Below are positions 9,084 to 16,395 of a stretch of DNA of 24,000 nt, one piece after another (positions within the stretch are counted from its first letter, which is position 1; each line of letters opens with the position of its first letter). Source of the stretch: Tissierellales bacterium (GTDB lineage: Bacteria; Bacillota; Clostridia; Tissierellales; Sedimentibacteraceae); contig JAHDQO010000002.1 of the NCBI GenBank assembly GCA_018433765.1, forward strand, positions 191,874 through 215,873, in the 5' to 3' direction. A model generated the notes under the pieces. It had not been told where the DNA came from and did not search any database. It saw only the letters and a program-made list of their open reading frames with translations. The translations under genes were made by a program, and so were the position numbers.

Positions 9084-9536
9084 TTAACGAATATTTTTTT
9101 TAAATTCATTTAAAACACTTTCAATACAATCTAAATCTCTTATCGCAACAAATACTGTATCATCACCTGCTAAGGTTCCCACTATATCATTAACTCCCAT
9201 ATAGTCTATTGCAGAAGCACATATCTGAGCTGCTCCTGGTATAGTTCTAATAACTATAACATTTAGAGCATTATCTATAGAAACTACTGAATTTTCAAAA
9301 ATTTTATTTAATCTATCTGTAATACCTTCTTGGCTTTGACTAATTGTAGCATATCTATATTTTCCACTTTTAGCCATTACTTTAACAAGTCTAAGTTCTT
9401 TTATGTCTCTAGATATAGTTGCTTGTGTTACGTCTATACCCATAGCTTTTAAACCATCTGCTAACTCTTCTTGAGTTTCTATTTCTTTTCTAGTAATTAG
9501 TTCTAAAATTTTAGATTGCCTTGTGTATTTTTTCAT
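9084..9536 (-). CDS. argR: Arginine repressor ArgR/AhrC
   Basis: 150-aa ORF with a winged-helix N-terminus (TQATISRDIKELRLVKV) and a C-terminal oligomerisation/arginine-binding motif (GTLAGDDTVFV). Confidence 0.93.
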   Translation of the reverse strand: MKKYTRQSKILELITRKEIETQEELADGLKAMGIDVTQATISRDIKELRLVKVMAKSGKYRYATISQSQEGITDRLNKIFENSVVSIDNALNVIVIRTIPGAAQICASAIDYMGVNDIVGTLAGDDTVFVAIRDLDCIESVLNEFKKNIR

Positions 9537-9551
9537 TATTTCACCTCATTA

Positions 9552-10355
9552 TTATAATGAATTAAAGGATTCATTTACTACATCTTGAAATAAATTATAA
9601 ACTCCAATTTTATCAATAAATTTATTTTTTATTAATGCTAAATATTCTATATTTCCTTCTGCTCCTTTTATTGGAGAATAGGTTAATTTATCTATATACA
9701 TATTATTTTGCATACAATATTGCAAAATATTATTTAGCACCTCTAAATGTACTTCTTTATTTTTTACTACTCCTTTTTTTCCTACTTTATCTCTACCAGC
9801 TTCAAACTGAGGTTTAATTAAAGTAATTATTGTAGTATCATCATTAGAAATTTCTCTTACTTTTGGTAGAATATTTTTTAAAGAAATAAATGAAACATCT
9901 ATAACAACAACATCTATCTGTTCTTTAAATATACTTGAATCTATATATCTAAAATTTGTTCTTTCAAGCACTGTTACTTTATCATTATTTCTTAATTTCC
10001 AATCTAATTGTCCATATCCAACATCAATAGAATAAACCTTTTTAGCCCCGTTTTGAATCAAGCAATCTGTAAATCCTCCTGTTGAAGCGCCAATATCAAC
10101 AGCTGTACTATTAAGAATATTTATATCAAAACATTTTAATGCTTTTTCAAGCTTATATCCGCCTCTTCCTACATACTTTAGCATATTCCCTTTTAACGTA
10201 ATAGCAGAATTTACATCAACTTTAGTTCCGGGCTTGTCAACTCTTACATTATCAATAAATACATTTCCAGCCATTACTAAACGTTTTGCCTTTTCTCTAC
10301 TTTCAGCCATTCCTTTGTTATACATTAAAACATCTATTCTTTCTTTTTCAGACAT
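9552..10355 (-). CDS. tlyA: TlyA-family rRNA 2'-O-methyltransferase (S4 domain + FtsJ/RrmJ fold; 'hemolysin A')
   Basis: 267-aa ORF with an N-terminal S4 RNA-binding region and the SAM-binding motif VDIGASTGGFTD. The ATG at 10355-10353 directly abuts the TAA of the upstream membrane-protein gene. Confidence 0.9.
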   Translation of the reverse strand: MSEKERIDVLMYNKGMAESREKAKRLVMAGNVFIDNVRVDKPGTKVDVNSAITLKGNMLKYVGRGGYKLEKALKCFDINILNSTAVDIGASTGGFTDCLIQNGAKKVYSIDVGYGQLDWKLRNNDKVTVLERTNFRYIDSSIFKEQIDVVVIDVSFISLKNILPKVREISNDDTTIITLIKPQFEAGRDKVGKKGVVKNKEVHLEVLNNILQYCMQNNMYIDKLTYSPIKGAEGNIEYLALIKNKFIDKIGVYNLFQDVVNESFNSL

Positions 10356-10937
10356 TTATTCTCCTCTAATAAATATAATTCCAATTTTTTCTTCTATAGT
10401 CTTTAATAATTTAGAAGTTAATAAAATAATTTCATTAGAATTATTAATAGCTATTTCTTTTCCTAAAGCTTTTCCACCTACTGTTAATGAAGCAATTATG
10501 CAGCTCATTAATATAGTAAGAATAAAAGCTGCATCTTTTATATTATAAGTACTTATTATTGTAACTATTATAATAGTACCTGTAGCACCACTTAAGATAC
10601 CTGATATATCTCCAATAACATCACTACAAAAATTTGAAACTTTACTAGCATTTTTTACTATTCTTATAGCATAATTAGCCATTGGTATTTTATTTGCAGC
10701 CATTGAATTAAAAACCTTAATGTCTGCAACAGTAGCTGCAACACCAATTATATCAAAGATAACTCCAATTAAAATTATTACTATTAGTGTAAAAACAGCA
10801 GCATATATATTTAAGTTTCTAGTTACAAAATCTGAAATAAAGCTAAAAAATAATGTTAATAGAAAAGTAACAAAAGTAATAAAAATAATCCATTTTTTAT
10901 TATACTTTTTACCAAATAATTTTATTTTATACTTCAT
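10356..10937 (-). CDS. oapA: Small 4-TM membrane protein immediately downstream of the large RNA: candidate OLE-associated protein A
   Basis: 193-aa ORF with four hydrophobic segments (WIIFITFVTFLLTLFFSFI; AAVFTLIVIILIGVIFDIIGVAA; ISGILSGATGTIIIVTII; AFILTILMSCIIASLTVGG) and no enzymatic motif. Its position between the structured RNA and tlyA is the position reported for oapA. The family was not verified by HMM. Confidence 0.6.
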   Translation of the reverse strand: MKYKIKLFGKKYNKKWIIFITFVTFLLTLFFSFISDFVTRNLNIYAAVFTLIVIILIGVIFDIIGVAATVADIKVFNSMAANKIPMANYAIRIVKNASKVSNFCSDVIGDISGILSGATGTIIIVTIISTYNIKDAAFILTILMSCIIASLTVGGKALGKEIAINNSNEIILLTSKLLKTIEEKIGIIFIRGE

Positions 10938-10965
10938 ATTTTGTAATACTCCTCAACATAACTAT

Positions 10966-10990
10966 ATCCCCTTTTCTAGGGGATTTTTTT
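10966..10990. other. GC-clamped hairpin at the junction of the structured RNA and the 4-TM gene
   Basis: ATCCCC (10966-10971) pairs with GGGGAT (10979-10984). The run of seven T (10984-10990) follows the stem on the plus strand only; on the minus (gene) strand the stem is preceded by A7. Confidence 0.5.
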
Positions 10991-11575
10991 CTTAAAATGG
11001 CAACAAAATAAGTAAATTTTACGGCTTAGGTCTAGCAGGTTTTCCCATATATCTACTATTCGTCGCCGTTTAGCGGTTTCCCTTTAAAGATATATCTGCA
11101 AAGTTGCCTTTAGCAGAGCTAGATTACCACTTAGACCGTACTGTAATCCTTATCTTGTTTCTTAAGAACAGTCTAGGAGTTTTCCTCATTAGCCAGTATG
11201 TTTTTTATCCTCTTTTGCAATGGTAGTTTCAACAGCATAACTTATTCCTTTATGAGCTCCTAAAGTTCAAAGCTTAATTACTATTTCCCCTAGCACCACT
11301 CAAGGCAGGCTACACTGTATACAGCATTGCTGTCATACAGGTTTTCCTAAATATAGGTCTCCACGATAGTGGGGTCTACGCCCGCATGCCGTTGCGGATC
11401 GCCCCATCTACCTTACTCCCTGAAATGACCCCCGACTGGGCGTCAAAAGCCAAAACAAGAAACTTCATCGATATGCCCTTTGACGGATTTTTAGCCCCGC
11501 CCTCAAAAACATCTGTACTTACTAGAATACTGCGCCATATTAAGTACAATGATTATAGCATAAATGTTATAATAA
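10991..11575 (-). ncRNA. ole: Large structured non-coding RNA, assigned to the OLE (ornate, large, extremophilic) RNA class; boundaries approximate (+/-30 nt)
   Basis: The 647-nt gap has no ORF on the gene strand. Local G+C is far above the flanks (hand count 37/60 for 11371-11430). It holds many nested helices, for example 11382-11386/11393-11397 inside 11371-11374/11402-11405, 11441-11447/11479-11485 and 11029-11034/11132-11137. The ~600-nt size and the context xseA-xseB-[RNA]-[4-TM protein]-tlyA-argR-recN match the published OLE neighbourhood. No covariance-model check was possible. Confidence 0.65.
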
Positions 11576-11584
11576 TTCAAATAT

Positions 11585-11788
11585 TTATGCATTAAATTTT
11601 GTATCAATAATTTTTATTTTTTTTTCAGCTTCTTCTAACTTGTTTACACAAAAATTATATGCTTCAATTCCATTTTCATATTTTTTAACAAGTTCATCTA
11701 AAGTTAAATTATCATTTCTTTCAAAGTTTTCAATGATATATTTTAACTTATTAAAAGCATCTTCAAAGTTCTCAAAATTATTTGACAT
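11585..11788 (-). CDS. xseB: Exodeoxyribonuclease VII small subunit
   Basis: ORF 11585-11791. The small helical protein contains FEDAFNKLKYIIENFE...LTLDELVKKYENGIEAYNFCVNKLEEAEKKI, typical of XseB. ATG 11788 (or GTG 11791) overlaps the end of xseA. Confidence 0.9.
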   Translation of the reverse strand: MSNNFENFEDAFNKLKYIIENFERNDNLTLDELVKKYENGIEAYNFCVNKLEEAEKKIKIIDTKFNA

Positions 11789-12974
11789 CACTCACCTCTT
11801 CAAATTTTTTAATTTCAGCTTTTATTTTTAATTTATTAAAAATTATGTCAATTAATTTATTTTCACAAACATCGTTTATATTATTTATAATGTTACCATC
11901 TTTATCTAATACTAAAGCATATCCTTTTTCTAAATTTTTTCTATAATTATAACTTCTAATTTTTTCTCTATATAATTCTAAATTATATTTATTATAATTT
12001 AAATTGCTGTTCGTGAATTTTTTGAGTATATTTGCATAATTTAAAACTTCATATTTAAAGTTATTAATAGTTGCTAAAGGCATCATATTATTAATAGCAT
12101 AATTATATCCTCGTAAATTATTATAAATATAATCTATTTCGTTATTCATTTTATTTTTTAATATGAGTAACATTTTATCTATTTCTATTTGTATATTCTT
12201 ATAACTTTCAATAACAACACTTGCAGCCGCAGTTGGTGTATGACAACTTAAATCAGCTGTAAAATCAGATAAGGTCTTATCAGATTCATGCCCTATTCCT
12301 GTTACAATAGGTATTATAGAATTATATATATTTTGAGCAATATCTGTATCATTAAATACAGATAAGTCTTCAAAACTCCCTCCACCTCTACAAATCATAA
12401 TTATATCTGTTTTCTCTACTTCATTGAAATATTTTATACCCTCAATAATATTTTTTTTAGCTATATCTCCTTGCACAACAGCATTGTATATAAATATTTC
12501 TATATTCGCTGATACTTCATCAAAAGTCTTTAAGACATCTTTAATTGCTGCTCCATTTTTAGAAGTTACAAGACCAATTTTTTTAGGAAATTTAGGAATT
12601 AATTTGTTCTTGGAAAACATCCCCTTATTTTTTAAGTTTTCCTTTAAAAGTTCTAAATCTTTAAGCATGTTTCCGATACCAATCTTTGTAATCTCTTTTA
12701 CATTTATTTGATAAGTTCCTCTTTGCTCATAAACATTTAAATTTCCAGAAACTATAATCTTATCTCCATTTTTTATAGTATCTTCTTTAAAAAAACATAT
12801 GCAATTAATACATGAATCATTTTCTTGCAATGTAAAATAAGTAATATTATTTTTACTAACCTTATGATTAAGAATTTCTCCTTCAACATAAAGATTATTA
12901 AGTAAAGAATTATTACTTAAATGTTTTTTTATATATTTATTTAGTTGAGATACTTTAATTGGATTTAATTTCAT
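11778..12974 (-). CDS. xseA: Exodeoxyribonuclease VII large subunit
   Basis: 398-aa ORF with an N-terminal OB-fold region (VSQLNKYIK...LYVEGEILN), the catalytic-core motif ICRGGGSFEDL and the GIGHESD motif. It overlaps the upstream TsaD-like gene by 20 nt. Confidence 0.92.
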   Translation of the reverse strand: MKLNPIKVSQLNKYIKKHLSNNSLLNNLYVEGEILNHKVSKNNITYFTLQENDSCINCICFFKEDTIKNGDKIIVSGNLNVYEQRGTYQINVKEITKIGIGNMLKDLELLKENLKNKGMFSKNKLIPKFPKKIGLVTSKNGAAIKDVLKTFDEVSANIEIFIYNAVVQGDIAKKNIIEGIKYFNEVEKTDIIMICRGGGSFEDLSVFNDTDIAQNIYNSIIPIVTGIGHESDKTLSDFTADLSCHTPTAAASVVIESYKNIQIEIDKMLLILKNKMNNEIDYIYNNLRGYNYAINNMMPLATINNFKYEVLNYANILKKFTNSNLNYNKYNLELYREKIRSYNYRKNLEKGYALVLDKDGNIINNINDVCENKLIDIIFNKLKIKAEIKKFEEVSDVK

Positions 12975-13920
12975 TAAACCACCTATCCATAACAGGTAAA
13001 AAACAATTACCTAAAGCATTATCTGTTGAGCATCCTATATTAGGAAATATAATTTTAAAATCTTTAGAAAGTTGTTTTTCTATATTATATCTAAGATAAT
13101 TATTGGAGGATACTCCCCCTGTTATTACTATTGAATTAAAATAATAATCTTTATTTATTTCTTTAATGATATGTAATATACATTTTTTTATATAATCAAA
13201 TAATGAAGATATAATCTCTTCATTAGTATATTTTTTACTTATATATTTATCCTTTAAAAAGTTTTCTATTCCAGATAAATTTATATATGTATTTCCAGAA
13301 ATTTTAGGCATTCTAATGACATTGTTTTTATCATTTATAAATTCTTCCATTTTTTTGCCTGATGGAAATGGAAATTTCATAAAAACACCTAATCTATCTA
13401 TTAACTGCCCAAAAGTAATGTCTTTTGTTCCACCTAATATTTTAAATTCAAATCCTTTTTTTACTTTCTTTGTTAATAAAAATTCAGTAGTTCCACCAGA
13501 TATATGTATAGTTAGAAATGGATGTTTTATATTTTTATAATAATCTATTAATGCAGCTGAAACATGTCCTTCTTGGTGTGAATATTCAATGAGCTTAGCA
13601 TCACAAGATTTAGAAAGAACTTGTCCATAATTTTTACCAACCATAAAAACTGGCATATATGAGTCTTCAAAATTTCTAGGTTTACTGCTAACAGATATTA
13701 TGTGAATTTCATTAAAATTAATATTAAATTCGTTTAAAATTTCAGGTATATTACCTAAATGTTGAAAAACAGCCTCTTGCTGTCTTAACCCTACGCTTTT
13801 TTTAGGAACATTTAATTTTTTTCTAGAATCATATATAATATTATTATCATTCATGTCTATTATTGAAACAGAAGTGGTATAAGCACTTGTATCTATTCCA
13901 AGTATATAACTTTTACTCAT
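12955..13920 (-). CDS. Kae1/TsaD (glycoprotease, ASKHA-fold) family paralogue of unknown role
   Basis: 321-aa ORF. By eye it aligns to TsaD along its length: LGIDTSAYTTSVSI, HQEGH (the two His metal ligands), ISGGTTEF, GGTKDITFGQLIDRLG, LSGIENF, ITGGVSSNNYLR and CSTDNA (the Asp ligand). The N-terminal motif departs from the canonical GIETSCDET. It overlaps nusB by 8 nt (ATGAGTAA). Confidence 0.75.
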   Translation of the reverse strand: MSKSYILGIDTSAYTTSVSIIDMNDNNIIYDSRKKLNVPKKSVGLRQQEAVFQHLGNIPEILNEFNINFNEIHIISVSSKPRNFEDSYMPVFMVGKNYGQVLSKSCDAKLIEYSHQEGHVSAALIDYYKNIKHPFLTIHISGGTTEFLLTKKVKKGFEFKILGGTKDITFGQLIDRLGVFMKFPFPSGKKMEEFINDKNNVIRMPKISGNTYINLSGIENFLKDKYISKKYTNEEIISSLFDYIKKCILHIIKEINKDYYFNSIVITGGVSSNNYLRYNIEKQLSKDFKIIFPNIGCSTDNALGNCFLPVMDRWFNEIKSN

Positions 13921-14323
13921 TTAAATTCAACCCTCTATATATACTACCGAGAATTCCGTTTATAAACTTGTGAGAATCTTTATTAGAATATTTTTTACTT
14001 ATTTCAATAGCTTCATTTATAGAAACGCTGCAAGGTATAGAATTATTGTATAACATCTCAGATATACCTACTCTAAGTATTGCAAGGTCAACTTTAGCTA
14101 TTCGGTTTATTCTCCAGTCTTTTGAGTTTTTATTTATTAAATCATTTATATTATTTTTATTATTTATTATGTTTTTTATTGTTTCTTTAATATATTGAAA
14201 ATCTAAATTTTCAACTGAGAAATCATTTAAATACTTTTCTAATGCATCTTCACTGAAATCATTATTTAAATCCATTGAATATGAAATCTTGATAACTTCT
14301 TCTCTACTTAACTTACGTTTCAT
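13913..14323 (-). CDS. nusB: Transcription antitermination factor NusB
   Basis: 136-aa all-helical ORF with NusB-like motifs (W.INRIAKVDLAILRVGISEML, INEAIEISKKY, KFINGILG). Its position after the Asp23 gene matches other Firmicutes. Confidence 0.88.
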   Translation of the reverse strand: MKRKLSREEVIKISYSMDLNNDFSEDALEKYLNDFSVENLDFQYIKETIKNIINNKNNINDLINKNSKDWRINRIAKVDLAILRVGISEMLYNNSIPCSVSINEAIEISKKYSNKDSHKFINGILGSIYRGLNLNE

Positions 14324-14340
14324 TTTGCCTCCAATTTTTT

Positions 14341-14362
14341 AACCCTCTGCATGCAGAGGGTT
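14341..14362. terminator. Perfectly palindromic GC-rich hairpin between the Asp23 gene and nusB (possible leaky or bidirectional terminator)
   Basis: AACCCTCTG (14341-14349) pairs with CAGAGGGTT (14354-14362) around a CATG loop. On the plus strand TTTT follows the stem. On the gene strand only UU and then an A-run follow it. Confidence 0.4.
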
Positions 14363-14395
14363 TTGAATATATAAATGCTAATACGTAAAAGAAGG

Positions 14396-14776
14396 CTATA
14401 CTTCTTCTGGCTTTTGCTTTTCTTTCTCGGTTATAATATTTTGAACATTCACATTAACTTTTATAACTTTTAAATCGGTCATGGTTTCAACTTCTTTTTT
14501 TACCTTTTTCTGAACTTCTTCTGCTACTTTACTTATTTTATATCCATAATCAATATTTATAAATATATCAATTATAACATTCTCGTTATTAATATCAACT
14601 TTTATACCCTTTGAATAATTGTTTTTATTAAATAAATTTGAAAACCCTTCGACAAATCCAGTATGCATGCTGTTTACACCATCAATTTCATTAGCTGCTA
14701 TACCAGAGATGATTCCTATAACATCATCAGAAATTTTAACTTGCCCATTTTCAAATGTTTCTTTTTTAACGGCCAT
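14396..14776 (-). CDS. Asp23/Gls24 (alkaline shock protein, DUF322) family protein
   Basis: ORF 14396-14809 with the family signature ISDDVIGIISGIAANEIDGV. I prefer the ATG at 14776 or 14779 (MMAVKKETF...), which lies 4-7 nt after AGGAGG (14789-14784), over the ATG at 14809. Confidence 0.85.
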   Translation of the reverse strand: MAVKKETFENGQVKISDDVIGIISGIAANEIDGVNSMHTGFVEGFSNLFNKNNYSKGIKVDINNENVIIDIFINIDYGYKISKVAEEVQKKVKKEVETMTDLKVIKVNVNVQNIITEKEKQKPEEV

Positions 14777-14818
14777 CATAGCACCTCCTTTTACAATTAT
14801 ATCAGACACTTAATTTTT

Positions 14819-15349
14819 TTACAATTCTATATTGCTAAATTTAAGAATTTTAATTTGAGTTGCATTAAAATCAGTTTCATCCATTATAACATCCAGTATA
14901 CGTACAGTATCTTCTTCTTCTAAATCATTGTCAGAAACAACTTTAACATTATCGCTATTAATAATTGCTATAATTTTATTATAACCTTTAGATTCTAATA
15001 TTAACTTAATATTATTTTCCATTTCTATATATGCATTTTTTTCTATCAACAGATCCTCAAATTTTTTTCTTGTAATATCCGACAATTTATCATTTGCTAT
15101 ATTTTCTTCTAAATGATCAATTATTCCCATATCATTTTTCTCTTTATTTAATTGAAACAGTTCAAAGCTAACTTTAGTTTCTTCTTCTAAGTTAAGGTTA
15201 ACTGTTTTATTTATGCAGTCTTCTTCATATTGGGAATACTCATTATCATTGAATGTACCTTTAGTTGACATATTTAAATTTATGTAACCTATTAAGAATA
15301 TTATAGCAACTGAAATGAAAATAATTATTGTTTTTCTTCTAATAATCAT
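14819..15349 (-). CDS. spoIIIAH: Stage III sporulation protein AH
   Basis: 176-aa ORF with a single N-terminal TM segment and a charged ectodomain. It is the last gene of an eight-gene spoIIIA-ordered operon. The ATG overlaps the spoIIIAG stop (TAATG). Confidence 0.75.
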   Translation of the reverse strand: MIIRRKTIIIFISVAIIFLIGYINLNMSTKGTFNDNEYSQYEEDCINKTVNLNLEEETKVSFELFQLNKEKNDMGIIDHLEENIANDKLSDITRKKFEDLLIEKNAYIEMENNIKLILESKGYNKIIAIINSDNVKVVSDNDLEEEDTVRILDVIMDETDFNATQIKILKFSNIEL

Positions 15350-15933
15350 TACTCTCCCTCTCTTTCTTTTTCCGCAGCAACTACTTCTATTCTGTTTAAA
15401 TTAGTATTTAGTAAAGTTTTTACTGCATCTAAAATATCTTTTTTTATTTTTTCATTATCAGAATAGTCGGCAACAACTAATATGCCTGTTATTTCTGGAT
15501 ATTCATAATACTTCTCAAAAACTTTTGATTTTTCATTATTTAATAATGTTTCTTTTTGTGAACTTTCTTTAATTATTTCTCTTTTGAATCCATCATTGCC
15601 AATTTCTATATTGCTTTCGTTGTCATTATTTTCATCATATAATGGTATTAGTTTGGGAGTATTTTTAGTATATATCATGACTTTGACATAATTTACACCT
15701 TTAATTTTTATCAATATACTTTCTAATTTATTTTCTAAATCACTAGTATAGCCTGATATATCATTCGTTTTTTGAAGTTTTACTGAATTATCATAACTTT
15801 CAATACTATTTTTTTTAGTAGGTTGTTTAAGTAAAAGAGATATAACAATTAGTATTAGTAATAAATTAATGGCATAGAATAGTTTTTTATTACTTTTTAT
15901 CGTGCTTACTACGTCGTTAAAACTTTTAAACAC
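15349..15933 (-). CDS. spoIIIAG: Stage III sporulation protein AG
   Basis: 194-aa ORF with an N-terminal TM segment and a C-terminal YPEITGILVVADY motif like the SpoIIIAG ring-forming domain. The GTG start at 15933 lies 6 nt after GAGGAGG. Confidence 0.8.
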   Translation of the reverse strand: MFKSFNDVVSTIKSNKKLFYAINLLLILIVISLLLKQPTKKNSIESYDNSVKLQKTNDISGYTSDLENKLESILIKIKGVNYVKVMIYTKNTPKLIPLYDENNDNESNIEIGNDGFKREIIKESSQKETLLNNEKSKVFEKYYEYPEITGILVVADYSDNEKIKKDILDAVKTLLNTNLNRIEVVAAEKEREGE

Positions 15934-15934
15934 T

Positions 15935-16387
15935 TTAATCCTCCTCGTATAAAATGTTTACATTTTTACTTTCTACCTCAAGTATTTTAGCTGCTTCTTT
16001 TATTGCAATATTAAGTTCGTCCTTATTCATTCTTTTATTTATTTTAATAGAAATTTTAAAATCATTATCATATTTTGCTATTACCTCCAATACATCAACA
16101 TTATTATCAAAAGCTTTACTTTCAATTAGGTCAATAGTTTTCTTATCATTGATATTTATATTGAGATTTCTTTCAATTTCAGTTGCATTATAATTAAGTT
16201 CATTGGAATTTATAAAATTATCAATATTAAAATCAAATGATTTTACAACACTACTAAACAAATAAACTACTATATAAATCCTAATTACTAGTTTACAATA
16301 TTTTTGTGTTTTTCCCTCAGGAAATATTAAAATTATTAAATTTAAACATATAATTAAAATTAAAATATTTACTATTATTTCTTTCAT
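15935..16387 (-). CDS. spoIIIAF: Stage III sporulation protein AF
   Basis: 150-aa ORF with two N-terminal TM segments followed by a soluble domain. Its position between AE and AG fits the operon order. Confidence 0.75.
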   Translation of the reverse strand: MKEIIVNILILIICLNLIILIFPEGKTQKYCKLVIRIYIVVYLFSSVVKSFDFNIDNFINSNELNYNATEIERNLNININDKKTIDLIESKAFDNNVDVLEVIAKYDNDFKISIKINKRMNKDELNIAIKEAAKILEVESKNVNILYEED

Positions 16388-16395
16388 ATTTTCAT

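Noticed and set aside
10991-11575. Alternative identities for the structured RNA: RNase P RNA, tmRNA, SRP RNA or a group II intron
   Set aside because: I could not find the RNase P GAAAGUCC-type core, a tmRNA tag ORF with a tRNA-like CCA end, or the SRP domain IV motif. There is no intron-encoded protein and no GUGYG 5' end. None of these RNAs is expected between xseB and tlyA, whereas OLE is.
11386-11595. 69-aa plus-strand ORF (MPLRIAPSTLLPEMTPDWASKAKTRNF...) lying inside the GC-rich gap
   Set aside because: It has no Shine-Dalgarno and lies on the strand opposite every real gene. Its composition simply reflects the locally G+C-rich structured RNA, and it runs into the antisense of xseB. 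It is best explained as a chance ORF within an RNA gene.
14648-14654. Perfect Spo0A-box heptamer TTCGACA
   Set aside because: It lies inside the Asp23-family coding sequence, is a single copy and is not near a promoter. One chance 7-mer in 24 kb is plausible.
3291-14809. Longer N-terminal extensions given by the ORF track for deoB (MEVEM...), xerD (MFNLLRLF...), spoIIM (MSYYSCTS...), recN (MGDIM...) and the Asp23-family gene (MSDIIVKGGA...)
   Set aside because: In each case an internal start is preceded by a much better Shine-Dalgarno at proper spacing and restores the family-typical N-terminus. The extensions often contain the RBS itself or, for spoIIM, the terminator hairpin.
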